A stretch of DNA of 64,000 nt, from contig NC_134025.1 in the NCBI RefSeq assembly GCF_964204645.1, positions 30,856,299 to 30,920,298 of the forward strand, written 5' to 3'. Of the stretch, positions 1-17,800 are shown piece after piece. Numbering within the stretch: the stretch's first letter is position 1; every line of letters begins with the position of its first letter. The position numbers were made by a program, and so were the translations under genes. The DNA comes from Tubulanus polymorphus (Eukaryota > Animalia > Nemertea). A model generated the notes under the pieces. That model saw nothing but the letters and a program-made list of their open reading frames with translations. It had not been told where the DNA came from and did no database searches.

Positions 1-150
1 AAAAATCAGTGAAATATTGCCCATAATTCATATAAAACATCTACAGATGAGTCAAGTCTCTCGGCACCAATTACCTTACACATAATTTGAATAACATAAA
101 TATGAACACAAATCTGATATATAAATAAATTTAACATCATTCTAAACCGG

Positions 151-5267
<5,117 letters not shown>

Positions 5268-8200
5268 ATGGCCGACGCTCAAAAGGTAATTACGTTGAAC
5301 CACATTTATTGATATTTACGCTAATCAAAATCTAATTAAATAGTTTCGAAATTTTGGTAACAATTGTGTAGATATTTTGAAGCTATTGAGTAATTTTCAC
5401 GTAGATTCAGTTCACTGTAAACTGTTTTCATTTGTTAAATCGCAGACCGGTTTTTGACGTAGTCGCAATAATTATCGACCAAAAACGCCCAGATAAATTA
5501 TCAATTTATTTTATATCTATCATATCACCTCTTGTGTATTTTTTTTCTGATATTGATCTTAATATGCTTCACAAAAAATTTATTTTTTTCCACTTCAGTC
5601 CAGATAGTGGTTTAAATCTTTTTGTTGACTTAACTTAAACTTCTCTCAATCAAGCAAAATTAAGACGGCCAGACAGGCTAAGCTAAAGGCGCACATTTGT
5701 GGAGTGGAGGCTTCCTTAGGTCCACAGAGCGCATCATATAGTTCTTTTATATGCTGGTAGGGGGAGGGGTTAATGCCCTATTGATCGGTCTCAATAAATT
5801 ATTCTTCATCTGATTGACCGACGACTAATCTAACTGTTCTTTCTTTCAGCAGGAGGCAGTTGATCTGAAGAATAAAGGAAATGCCGCTTTACAAAGTGGT
5901 CAAGTAGAAGAAGCCATCAAACATTATACAGAGGCAATAAAATTAGATCCTAAGAATCATGTTCTATACAGTAATAGATCTGCAGCTTACGCTAAAGCCG
6001 GTTTATATGAGGAGGCTTTGAAAGATGGAACTGAGACGGTTGCCATGAAACCTGATTGGGGAAAGGTATGTTTGTCTGTAGTCGGTAAACCTGTCTGTCA
6101 TTTAGTTTCATGATTGGATATTTTTAAGCAGATCCGATAGGTGCTGCAAGTGTCAAATTAGTCAGTAATCTGTCTGTCGTTTAGTTTCATGATCGGATAT
6201 GTTTTAGCTCATCCGATTATAAATAGCTTACCGCCAACGATTATGTAACTAACTAGGGTAGAGAGGTGTTAACCCGCTGAAAATATTTGATGTCAATTTT
6301 TTTCAAGGTTTTTCTTGGTACAGTTTCATAAAAAGATTTTAGCTAAAATCTAAAAGTCTTGTAAATATTGAAAATACGAAGAAGCCAAAAATTTGAGTCG
6401 ATCATTTTTGTGACAATCGACGCAGGTTAAAGTTATTTGTATCTTGTAAGTAGAGATGAAACTTATGAATTTTTGTTTTTGACAGGGTTATTCTCGTAAA
6501 GGAGCAGCACTCGCGTTCTTAGAGCGTTACGGTGAAGCTGAAAAAGTTTATTCCGAAGGTTTAAAACATGATCCTAACAATCAACAACTTCAGGACGGTC
6601 TTTACGATATGCAAGAGAAAAGTGATTATATCTTCGTGTGAAAATCCTTCCTCTATTCAAATCAGTATGAATTAACTGTTTCAATCGTTGTCATTTCAGT
6701 TGGTCGTCCCGGAAACCCATTTACCGGACCAAATTTCATCGCTAAATTACAAAACGATCCACGAACGCGAGATTTCCTGAAGGATCCTGAATTCATAAAA
6801 AAATTACAATCCGTTCAAAATAAACCGGATCCATCGTAAGTCTATGCTTCCTTAGGGAACCTGATTTGATTCAGTTCATTCATAGAAAAACTCTTAGATG
6901 TTCATAATCTAGATAAGTGAGTTGGTTAATTTCCAAATATCCATAATTCTTTGTCAAATTTGACTCCTGTGATAAAGTAGTTCATTTTCAATTGATGCCT
7001 TTGAACCCAGTGGTTTAAGGACTGTAGTACTCTGCAAAGATAAATTACTATTTGTCTCATATCATTAGATTAAAATAGTAATCACAGACCGTGGAACTGG
7101 ATTCGGATTTTTAACTTAGAATATGTATGAATTATGATTTAGGTTATTACAAGATCCGCGAGTAATGACGGCTTTAAGTGTCGCGTTAGGCGTAGATTTA
7201 AACAACATTCCCGATGAACCTCCTCAGAGATCGAGTCCACCTCCACCCGCACAGAAACCGCAACCTACATCGGCTTCTACCGAGAAATCTGAACCGATGG
7301 AAGAGGAAGCTTCTGATAATCAAAAACAGGTACGGCGTAAACTCATCCGTCATCGGCGCAGCATCCAGTTTCATCAGCCGTTTAAACATTTCATGTGTTT
7401 TATATCGATTCATATTTCAGGCTTTGGAACAAAAAATGCTCGGAAATGAAGCTTACAAGAAAAAAGATTTCGAAACAGCGATGATTCATTACGAAAAAGC
7501 GATCGAATTAGATTCGGGGAATATTGTGTATTATTTGAATAAAGCTGGTGAGGAGAATATTGAATATTTCCTCTCCTCATATTTTGATGATGAAAGCTTC
7601 AATAAGTTGTTTATTAATTCCGTGTGTTTATATTTATTTTTCAGCTGTGTATTTCGAGAAGGGAGAATTTGAAGAATGTGTCGGCATTTGTGAAAAAGCT
7701 GTCGAAATCGGACGTGAAAATCGGGCCGATTATAAATTCATCGCAAAGTACGTTTGACCTTCTTATTAATTAGAAATATAGGGCTCACAGGGAACTCCTT
7801 GAAGACTCCTCCAAAACACTTTAAATTTAGGGAAAATCTTAACAAAAAAATTTCTGTGACATGGTTCGTTATCGGCAAAGTTATAGTCGGCAAAGAACCC
7901 AGAGAATCTAAGTTTATTTTATATTTTATACCAGTAGCATCACTAAACAAAAACATCTTCAGTTGGAATTGGTATTTTCTCCTTAAATGATCCTTGAAAA
8001 CTTGATTTCTTGAAGTACCGATAAGTAAGGTATAAACCCTGATATGATTTGTTTGATATTTACAGAGCATACGCCCGGATAGGAAATACATTCTACAAAA
8101 AGAAAGACTATAAAAACGCTTTGAATTACTATAATAAATCATTATCCGAACACAGGGCGGCTGATGTGTTAAAAAAATCACAAGAGGTACGAAATGAATT

Positions 8201-9995
8201 TATAGAAATATGAGGAATTGAATTGTTCAGATTTTATTTCAAGAATTCGGTTTTCAGTGTAAAAAGATTATCGACGAAGAAGAAAGATTGGCATTCATCG
8301 ACCCGGAAAAAGCAAATGAAGAAAAAGAAAAAGGAAATGATTTCTTCCAAAAGGGTTTGTTATTATAATAAGATTAATCCAGGTTTAGATTTCTGACAAG
8401 TCTAAGCTAATTTTGGTTCTATAACCAATCTAGCTGCTAAAGAACAGTCCTAAGATTTAAGTCCGTTTTAGGAGAACTAGTGGTTAAAATTGATAACTTT
8501 TGCACTTATTTTCACTATGATTCATGAATATATATATGGTGCAGGGGCCAGTTGCTTAAAAGTTGTTTAGATTTGACCAGTGGATCGTTGACGATTAAAA
8601 TGCCATCGTCACTATGCTATTTGTCAGCCGGCTGTTCTTAAATCAACCTTTTAGCAACTTCAGCCCTTGGTTATAATAAGGATTAGTATTAACGGTAAAC
8701 TTGGATTATTTGCAGGTGATTATGCTGCTGCTGTGACTCATTATACTCAGGCGATTAAACGTAATCCCGATGATTGTAAACTCTACAGTAACAGAGCCGC
8801 TAGTTACTCGAAACTAATGGAATTCAATCTAGCGTTGTCTGATTGCGAGAAATGTATCAAGTTAGATCCGACCTTCAGTAAGTATTTCACGAAATTGTTT
8901 CATTCCTAGTTTAGCAGAAACTGAATTAATGAAGGATTTCATCTATTTAATGAGTTATGCTTTTCCATGATGGATCTGGACACGGTAGACCAAAACCTTA
9001 ACTCTGACACTGTTTTAAAAAAAGTTTTTCACAAAAATTATTTTATCTCTTTAATTCATTTCAACTTAAACTGAATAAATGAAGTTTAAATTCTTAGTAA
9101 ATTCTGGAGTTCATGAATTTGAATAATTCCTGGAGTGTAAAACGTTTCTTCTGTTGTTTTGTATGTTTAAAGTAAAGGGATACCTGAGAAAGGGTTCGTG
9201 TTACTTAGCGTTGAAAGATTCAAATAAAGCACGTGTCGCTTTCATGAAAGCAAAAGAACTGGATCCGACTTGTCAGGTAAAAATTCCTATTCTCTTGATA
9301 GACACAAAGTTTTATTTTGTTCATCTCGCTCGTCGCTCGGATACATGCCCGGACGGAAAATTATTACTGATATTTTACCATTTTCGATGATTGGTTGATT
9401 TGTAGGAAGCTATCGATGGTATGAGTAAATGTTATATGACGTATCAAGACAACGACCCTGAAGCTATAAAGAAAAGAGCGATGCAAGATCCGGAAATACA
9501 AGCAATTCTTTCAGATCGGGCGATGCAGATGATCTTACAACAAATGCAAGAAAATCCAGAAGCCCTAAGAGAGTAAGTTTAAGTCTTGTTTACGATCCGC
9601 TATCTGCATCCCATCTGACAATCAAACAATGCGCTGTGCATAACCACCCCCTCCTTCAGACTATCAGCCATCCTTCCATAACTAATAGGAAAATAACACT
9701 CCATCTGAGCAGGTACCCTGTCCGAATCCGAGGCATCTTTGTTTGACAATAAATTACAGATATAGAGCATGTGCTTATTCCACGTCATCATACGCCACTG
9801 TTTCTGGTCAAACACAAAAACCAAACACCTCCGTAAACATTCTATCCGAATGCAAAGGAAATGAGTCGTGATTTTATATGATGGAAACATTTATTTGATG
9901 ATTGGATTATTTCGTATTTCAGACACATGAATAACAAGGACATCGCAGCTAAAATTGAGAAATTAATGGAATGCGGTTTGATAGCAATTCGTTGA
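5268..9995 (+). CDS. STIP1: Stress-induced phosphoprotein 1 (Hop/Sti1), ~13 coding exons
   Basis: MADAQK|[34 protein letters not shown]|GYSRKGAAL (TPR1); DP1; [31 protein letters not shown] (TPR2A); [19 protein letters not shown] (TPR2B); [34 protein letters not shown] with TGA at 9993-9995. Confidence 0.97.
6078..6242. repeat. Dispersed repeat shared with CHMP1B intron 2 (~63620-63853)
   Basis: GTAGTCGGTAA(A)CCT(G/A)TCTGT..TTTAGTTTC and CATCCGATTATAAA.AGCTTACC.CCAACGATT occur at both places. Confidence 0.65.
8545..8666. mobile_element. MITE with GGGCCAGTTGC termini
   Basis: Imperfect terminal inverted repeats, preceded by CAG. Similar elements at 41044-41172 and 59164-59269. Confidence 0.6.
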
Positions 9996-11165
9996 TTATA
10001 AACCGGTAAGACAATGAAAATTGTGAAAACTACCAGAGATGTGAAACAGATGAATCAATGTATTAAATAGATCTATATCTCTTTCTAGAACTCATCGGAC
10101 AAATTTGTGATAAAAACTAATTACAAAATAGATGGAGAAATGAATAAACCTGAATGTGAAAGTTGTAAATCACTTCACATAAAGTGTATAGACTATAGAC
10201 TGATCGCTTCAATATTCATATGTTGCTTTAACGAATCATCGGATAATGATATAAATATTCATCCCTGATTAGCATTTATTTCCTAAAGATAAAAATATAA
10301 ATTCATCTTGATACATTTATAATGTACTAACGTCAAACTCATTAAAGTCGTCATCCGTTTTTGAGTCAATTCAATAAGCGTCAAGTCGCCACTTGGATAA
10401 GTCATCAACATAATGATCATATCCCAAACTATAACGACTTAAATATGAGTTTGATAAATATATGTTTGTTTGCATACTTCGTATACAAACAACTGAAAAC
10501 TTCCTCAGTCAATGTGAACAATGTGTTTATTGTACGTTTCATCTTGATTAACTGTGCAGACAAAATCTCAACATGTCGCGGTGTAAAGACGATTGAATTT
10601 GAAGCTATTATTTCTGTTTTGTCCAGTGCCTCACGGTTATAGATCAGTAGACGAGTCTAATTTCTAATACTACATCATCTGAACTATATGAATTGTGTTT
10701 GATTGTAGTGTCTGTCATGTGGTGATCCATTTTACAATAAAATTATGTTGAAAATATTGTAATCTGCGATATTTGGTTTTCAGGGAATTCAATATCGAAT
10801 ATATATGTACTCTTGGTCATTCTCTAATCCATCGAAAGTTATAATCTTCACTTAACCCGGCATCAATTACTTCAGATTACCGCGTTCCTGTCTTGACAAT
10901 ATAAGTCGTATTACTGCATTGTGATCACGACCCATCCCTAGCCTAGTAACAACTGGCTTTCCTCGCCATAAACCTGATCAATGATCAACTGTTTCCAACA
11001 AGAAATAAATTGTTTATATTTAACTGAATTTACATGAAACATATTTATTTCTATCACTTTATACATATTTACAATATTAACAACACATTACACATTGAAC
11101 TTGTTGCTTAGGAACGGAGAAATAGATTCACGATCCAAGATGGCCCCCATCAGTTAACGATCGGA

Positions 11166-14100
11166 TTAATCAGAAATTCGACTTTCTTCTACTTGTCGCG
11201 ACGCTGGTATGTAAACTTGGAACGAATAATCGCTTCTCGCGAAAGAACCCTAAAACAAACGTAATTAACTCATTATTAATAACTGATTCAGTTGGGAAAA
11301 TTCAAAATTTTGAAGAATTTCAACGGCTTACCGGATTTATAACGGAACAGTCGGATTGAGTGACCTTGAACGGATCGAATTTATCGGCGCAGACAATAAG
11401 ATCGGGAAGAGGATAAACTCTCATCGCATTATCAAACGACCAATAAATCGGAGCCACGTGCAGAGGCAGCGGACTCAGGTGACCTTGACATATGATTGTT
11501 TTAGCAAACTGAAAGACGACATAGAACAGATACAGTCAATATTACTCAGATACAACTGGTGGAAATTCATCCAGTTTGGAGATTCTTAGATTTAAAAATA
11601 GATAGAAATTGTACCGGTAGAACTGAAGCAGATTAAAGTGGTTTGACTAATACAAGGATAACTAACGTGCATGGGTTTGACTATTAGAAGGATAACTTAC
11701 GTGCATGGGTTTGACTATTAGAAGGATAACTTACGTGCATGGGTATATCAGCATCTTTAGGAAATTTCACGCAATTACGACACATTTTTGTAACTATATC
11801 CTCTCTATAAACGACAATCTCTTGAGTGCAATATTGAATTCTACATGGATTCGACGCGAAGAATACATTAGGAAATTTATCAGTCATTTCTTGTGTTATA
11901 CAGCACGGAATTGGAGGCCTGAAATTGAAAACAAAACCACCTTACGGATATCCAGCATAGACACTCTACTATAATCCAGAGCTGGAATACTAACCGCGGA
12001 GCAATCAACGATGGGCCAGGATCCTGTGGACCGGGTACAAACACAAATTTACTCGATTCAATAATACTCGGAAATTCAAGGATAAGTTTTGTGAAAGTTT
12101 TGAAACAATCTGAAATGATAAATTATAAAGTTGTAAATAGCGAGGACGAGCGCCGCTGCTGAAGAGCTTTAAAATATCGAAAATACATCTTACCTTTTAA
12201 TAGTTTAGCGTGATTGCTGCTTCCGGCCGGTTTCGATGTGAAATTACCGGTAAAAACAAAACAAACGGGAGGAACTTCGGAATAACCAGTGAACAATACA
12301 CGCAACTTCTCCAGTACCTGCATATACGCAATACAATTCTCATTTACATTCAACAATAACAACATCAGATGGTTTATATTTAATGAGTCTTTTACCTTTA
12401 AATCGTCCAACCAAACATCGGATAAAAATACGATCATTGCATCTTCATTTTCCTTTTCGATGTTCTGTAGTTTAACCGATGCTTTCACCGAGGTCGCAGA
12501 TTGACCTCCGAAAAAATTAATATTTCCAAAGTAAGCCCTGTGTACGAATATAGAGAACATCGTTGACAACACCAGATAGAAACGTGAATAAAATTAAACT
12601 CATCCAAATTACGACTGTTTGATCGCTTCACCTCGTGGTTTTAGCCGGTTCCGGAGGCGGGAATCCAAATGCGGTTACGTGAAAAATCTCGTCTTCATAC
12701 CAGCCTTCGGCTAATACAAAACAATTCTCCGTAAATAAACCGCTATGAAAATTCTAACATTCGTCAAGAAATGAAATCAAAACCATCTGAATCTGTGAAA
12801 TATGTTTAAAATTATTAAAAGGATACGGCTTGTTTCAGATCTAATTGTACAGCACCAGTTGGATCCTCTAAAAACCATTTACCCTGTAATTCATACATAA
12901 TCAATGTTCAGTATCTAAAAATCTCTAGAGAAACATCACAGAATATTGGAATAAATTGCTAGTATTTTTACCTCTTTCATCTGAGTGAGCATTCCTAGAG
13001 AAATAATCTCTCCAAGTTTAGCAGAACTTCCTAACAAATATTCAATCGGTTGTAACTAAAATGATGAAATATGAAAGACACCTGAAACCAGGTAAAATAG
13101 ACAGCGTATCGAAGTTATCCCTAAGGATAAGTCCTTAACTCAGAACTGTGATGATACTGATACAGGTATCTACCTTGAATTTTTTACTCTGCTCAGATGC
13201 GTGTGTTCCTGGTATCGGTGGGGTGAATAGATCATGGCGTGAAGTCCTCTGAAAATGCAAGAGAAAATCATTTAATTAGTGAAGTTTCTCCACTGTCTTC
13301 TAACTGAAAAGCTGGAAACCATATTTACTTGAAGTAAAACTGCATATCTCTCCTTGAATAAAGACGTTTTTGCTTTTGCATCTCCATATAAACCTGGTAC
13401 CTGAACGCCTAGCATCTTCTCCCTATCAATTAAAAATCATATACTGGAACCAGTTGATCAAACACTGGTTTCAAACTGTATCAATGAGTAACCGGTGCAG
13501 GGTGTAGTACACTGTAATAGTAAAACTTACTTGATGAATTTTTTCCGATCTGGATTATACAGAAAACGTGGAATCTCAAAAGCATCGATTACAGAAAATA
13601 TTTTATCACTGAAATATAGAACAATGATTGAAAGGTATGAATCTGATGGAAGATACGGAACCACGTGATGCTTTATACAGATACCTCTCTTCATCCTGTT
13701 CTGCATTACATTCTTCAATAGCGATCTCACATATTGATTTATCAATCATAGTCGATGATACTATAAAACAATTTCAATGAGGAAGCAAGTAGAATACTCA
13801 GCAGGGACAGGGAGGGAGGGTCACGATAGGTAGAACACAATATCCGTGTTGACGCGATGAGGAGAGAATCCCACAATGATAATAAAAAGTCCGAAAATGA
13901 AACTTATTCCTGAAGATGACTATTAGGATATAGTCGAAACGTTGAAATAAACTACTATCTCGAAGTTTCATTTTCGGACTTTTTATTATCATTGTGGGAT
14001 TCTCTCCTCAGGGAGGGAGGGTTTTGGCCCGGGGGTGGTGGGGTAGAAAGACTCACATTGCTGTTTTTGAATTGCTTCGATAATTCGATCAAGGTTTTCC

Positions 14101-14376
14101 ACTTGTTGGACTTCATTGAATGGTGTTAAAACTTCAACAATATATTTGGTAGCGTCGCTTAAAAAATCAATAAGTTCACACTTTTGGCATTCGATTCATC
14201 ATACAATAAATTTTGATTGATTAATAAATCATTGCTTGTACCAATCTAAACGCAGTATTTCTATTCACATTTAACAAAGTATTTGAAACGATCAATATAA
14301 AACATGACACGAACCTCCTCAGTGTAAATCCATGCATTTTAAAGCAAGAAGACACCTTACTTCTAAAACTAGACAT
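11166..14376 (-). CDS. POLE2: DNA polymerase epsilon subunit 2 (B subunit), multi-exon
   Basis: Starts [20 protein letters not shown]. Contains [92 protein letters not shown] and [12 protein letters not shown]. Ends [20 protein letters not shown] with TAA at 11166-11168. Confidence 0.96.
11640..11744. repeat. 34-bp tandem repeat (x3) spanning a POLE2 exon/intron junction
   Basis: GTGCATGGG recurs at 11667, 11701 and 11735. On the minus strand the unit is CCCATGCAC|GTAAGTTATCCTTCTAATAGTCAAA. Confidence 0.9.
12754..12826 (-). other. U12-type (minor spliceosome) GT-AG intron in POLE2
   Basis: Donor GTATCCTTTT, branch-site-like TTCTTGAC close to the 3' AG, and no polypyrimidine tract. Splicing restores DLKQA|NFHSG in frame. 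Confidence 0.88.
13858..14010. mobile_element. Fold-back element with perfect 48-bp inverted repeats in POLE2 intron 2
   Basis: 13858-13905 (TGAGGAGAGAATCCC..GAAACTT) is the exact reverse complement of 13963-14010. Confidence 0.85.
13904..13950 (+). ncRNA. Minimal type I hammerhead-ribozyme-like motif (Penelope-like-element style)
   Basis: TTATTC-CTGAAGA-T-GACTAT(TAGGAT)ATAGTC-GAAAC-GTT-GAAATAA: both core boxes, a 6-bp helix II, palindromic AACGTT in place of helix III, and an imperfect helix I. Confidence 0.55.
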
Positions 14377-14495
14377 CTTCGAATGTTTGTAAGGCCCGCG
14401 CCACGGTCCCGGCCCGCGTTGTTAGGTGAGAGTCCATGTACGTATTTTATGGCAGCCGAACAACTCGCTTCTCTGTGCGGCCTTTGTTGTCGAAT

Positions 14496-14548
14496 CTAGA
14501 CTGGTTGCCCGTCCCATAATTGAAGATAGAGACCGGTAACCAGTCTAG
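14496..14548. mobile_element. 53-bp hairpin insertion with target-site duplication upstream of POLE2
   Basis: CTAGACTGGTT..AACCAGTCTAG inverted ends flanked by TGTCGAAT at 14488-14495 and 14549-14556. Confidence 0.75.
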
Positions 14549-14953
14549 TGTCGAATCCTTTCAACGAAATAAAACAGCGTGGACCCGCCTCAAATGGTTT
14601 CAGGGGTCTGCAATACGACCCCTAAAGTTGTCTCTTTTCCCTTTGTCTCGACCCGATTTTTGAATCAGATCGACGGCACCGCGGGGGTCTCGGTTAGCCG
14701 GGGCGGTCGGGGTCATGGAAACATTTTTACCGATTTCAAGAACATTACTAAGAAAAAATACTACAAGTAAAAACTGAAGATTCGACAACAATAAAGTCTT
14801 TTTTTTGTGAGAAACAGTGAAACTCGGCACGTTTACCTCCGTTGAGACGATTATGACGCCTGATACGATAGAAAACAGGCTTCGGGGCGGCACGGCCTGA
14901 AAGAGAGAATCGTGTCTCGACCTTATGCGAAAATGAGTTGACATTTTATTTGA

Positions 14954-15130
14954 TCACGTCGCTTTTCGTTGACATCGGTCTCGCAAAAGTTTCAGAGCTG
15001 TCTTTCTAAACGAACTATTTACAATACAGCACAAGAAAAAGTTAGACGAATAATTCAAGGGTGGAAAAAGCGCGAAGTTCAGTGTTTCAAAATACCAATA
15101 ATTGCGCGGAATAGGAGGCCAAGACTTGGG
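14954..15130 (-). pseudogene. 5'-truncated GPCR paralog (TM7 + helix 8 only)
   Basis: Translates to PKSWPPIPRNYWYFETLNFALFPPLNYSSNFFLCCIVNSSFRKTALKLLRDRCQRKAT*, clearly homologous to the C-termini of the three full GPCRs. Homology stops at the edge of the duplicated block. Confidence 0.85.
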
Positions 15131-17800
15131 CTCGCGTGGCCATGCTGTGTCATATCATTGCTCAAAGGCACATCCCGCGGCGGCTTCAGCCCGCTAGTAG
15201 AGCCGAATATCGCGCGGGTGCCCGGCGTTTGTAACTGGGCAGCGCTCTGGAATCACGGTCCAATTTTGGTTGTTCAAACCTTATTATGCTTTAAGCCTCT
15301 ACAAAAAATCAATGATTGACATTCCGAATTCATGTCACATGTATGTCAGGTGTTAAAAATTCAGTTACTGTTATTTCAGAAACTTCGACGCGCACGGCGA
15401 GTTTCTAGTCAGGTGGTGTGGGGTGGTTTCATTGGATCACTTTCACTTAATCAAAACCTTTATTGAAATAGAACAAAACTGAGGACCGAATACTTCTATC
15501 AAATTTTTCTTTTGTGTGTGAAATACAACCATAGACTCTAAAACAATTCACAATCAACCTACGTAGTAGCTCACAACGTAAATCACAACTTACAATTAGT
15601 AAATTATAAATAATCACAAATAAAGACGATGAGTTAGGCGAGTTCATTTGTTGACCACTTCATTTCGTTGACATCGGTCTCGTATTAGTTTCAGAGCTGT
15701 TTTCCTAAACGCATCATTCACAATACAGTACAGGAAAAAATTAGATGCAGAATTCAACATAGGAAAAAAGGCGCTGACAATTGCACGGAAATACCACCAA
15801 TTAGCTGGTAAGGAAGGTAAAGACTTGAAAGTTGATCGCATGTGATTATATACCGTCGCGATAGAGCCGGGTGTTTCAAAAAAAATAAACACCAACACAA
15901 CCGATATCGCCATTTTAGTAGCTTTGATATCAATATTTCTATTTTTATCCTCACCCCCGTGTGAGGTGAAATCTTCTTTACGTTTAGCCTGAATTTGTCG
16001 CAGTTTTACTATCATAATTGTATTGAAAATAATCATTATTGTAATCGGTATGTATTCTTTGATAATTGGTCCATAAACAGAAGTCACATTTGATATAGTT
16101 TTCGATTGTGTTCCACTTTTACTACGGATGCGATCCGAGCATTCGCCCCTATCATAATGAACTCCATCAATGGTAGCAAAATATGGCGATTCAATCAGTC
16201 CAAAGAACACGAAGCCTACAATTATTAAGACATTGATTCGAAATCTTGTAATAGCTCTTTTGGCAAAAAATGGAAATAGAATCGATAAAGTTCGTTGTAC
16301 GACGACACCGACAGTTATCCAGTTGCGTGTTATTTGAGATGCATAACGTGGAATGCGTGCTATTAGAGAAATCCACGGCAAATCCCCGGGCCTACTAAAA
16401 CCAGCGAGTCCATAATTTCCTCGTATTAGCCATGCTAGTATGATTCGCACTGGTCCTTGTATCGCGCGCCAGATCAAAAACATGATGTCCATAATAGCCA
16501 AACAGCGTAAAAGATAAAACGAGATGTAAGTTGAACTCAATACATTTAATGTAACGACAATTAAACTGTTTAACGGAACGCCGAATAACATGACGAAGAT
16601 GGATGACACGTGCATAGATACTGTGTATGTGTTCTGGAATGTAAAATCCCAACATTTATCGTGTTCCGATGAGACATCGGATTGAGTCGTCAAGTTTCCG
16701 TCCATAGGAGCGGATGATGTCGCCGTCCGATCTACTCTGCGCGCGAGAGAAATAGATTGTGTCTGGTGTCGACCGAACCATAATTAGCGGCTGCAGCGAT
16801 ATCAGTATCAGTGTTACATTGAATACAATACATTACATGTCACAAATATTTCTAAATCTGAGTTTAGATCTCTATCAGCAGAAACATACTATGAAATTAA
16901 AACTATTTTTATACCACTAATTGGTGATGCACAGGTATGCACGATATCAACCACAGTGAGTTAAACAGTTTACTGCATTCCTCAACATCAGGATAATATC
17001 GGCCATCATCATTTACAATTGAGAACTGCAGCGACCTTGGAAATTCTCTAGCAGCCAACCAACTTTGAGCAACTGGCCCCAGAACTTTGTTGTGTAGTAG
17101 GCTCGGGTTCGAGTCCCGCGAGGGCTAAGAACAGGATGGTTGGTTGCATAGTTTGAGGGTTAATGGTCAGGTAGGGTTAAGACTGTGGCCAAACAAGCGT
17201 AAGGTTAGGCTTGAGGTTATCTGCTATTGGAATCAGTTTTCAGCCAGCGATACCCGTGCAAATTCAACCTGTTTTCACTAGGACTCTTTACGACTCGCGG
17301 GCAATCCTTAATCCTAAATAATGAATTTGAGTTATCTTTTTTATAAGAAAAAGACTTCATTTCTTATGTATTTTGTTAGCGGCATCAATGATTATTAAAA
17401 AGGTCATCAATGTAGAATATTACATGAATATACACGATCAAAACATAAAAACAAACATTTTCTGCATGGTCTCAAAAATAGCGATGGATGACTTATCCAA
17501 GTGAAGATTTATATTTAGAAAATTGAATTGTGCAGTGGAACCTCGTTACAAGGAACTTCATCGGACCAGAAAATATGTTCGTTATAACCGATAGTTCGCT
17601 ATATTCAGTATGAAATTGTCTTACTTCGGGACAAAATTCGGCGAAATTTGTTATCATCCGATGATGAATCGTTATACCCGAGTTCGTTATACAGGGGTCG
17701 ACCGACGTTCGTTGTGACCTATCCGGTGACGAATGAACCGAGTTATTTTGCAGAATGAATCAGATGAACTTTGAGGTTTTCTCTGCGATATAAGTGTAAA
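15128..17800. repeat. Segmental tandem duplication unit 1 (~2.7 kb, contains GPCR copy 1)
   Basis: Near-identical to 18175-20873, including non-coding flanks. Confidence 0.95.
15644..16705 (-). CDS. Intronless class A GPCR (FMRFamide/peptide-receptor-like orphan), copy 1
   Basis: 353-aa ORF with 7 hydrophobic segments: GxxLN (TM1), LAxxD (TM2), VQRT at the DRY position, FETP (TM6), LNSASNFFLY (TM7), and FRK helix 8. Confidence 0.9.
   Translation of the reverse strand: MDGNLTTQSDVSSEHDKCWDFTFQNTYTVSMHVSSIFVMLFGVPLNSLIVVTLNVLSSTYISFYLLRCLAIMDIMFLIWRAIQGPVRIILAWLIRGNYGLAGFSRPGDLPWISLIARIPRYASQITRNWITVGVVVQRTLSILFPFFAKRAITRFRINVLIIVGFVFFGLIESPYFATIDGVHYDRGECSDRIRSKSGTQSKTISNVTSVYGPIIKEYIPITIMIIFNTIMIVKLRQIQAKRKEDFTSHGGEDKNRNIDIKATKMAISVVLVFIFFETPGSIATVYNHMRSTFKSLPSLPANWWYFRAIVSAFFPMLNSASNFFLYCIVNDAFRKTALKLIRDRCQRNEVVNK

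Noticed and set aside
14969-15319. 116-aa + strand ORF and its partial twin at 18112-18366
   Set aside because: Antisense to the GPCR fragment plus duplicated non-coding flank; different N-termini and no recognisable domain.
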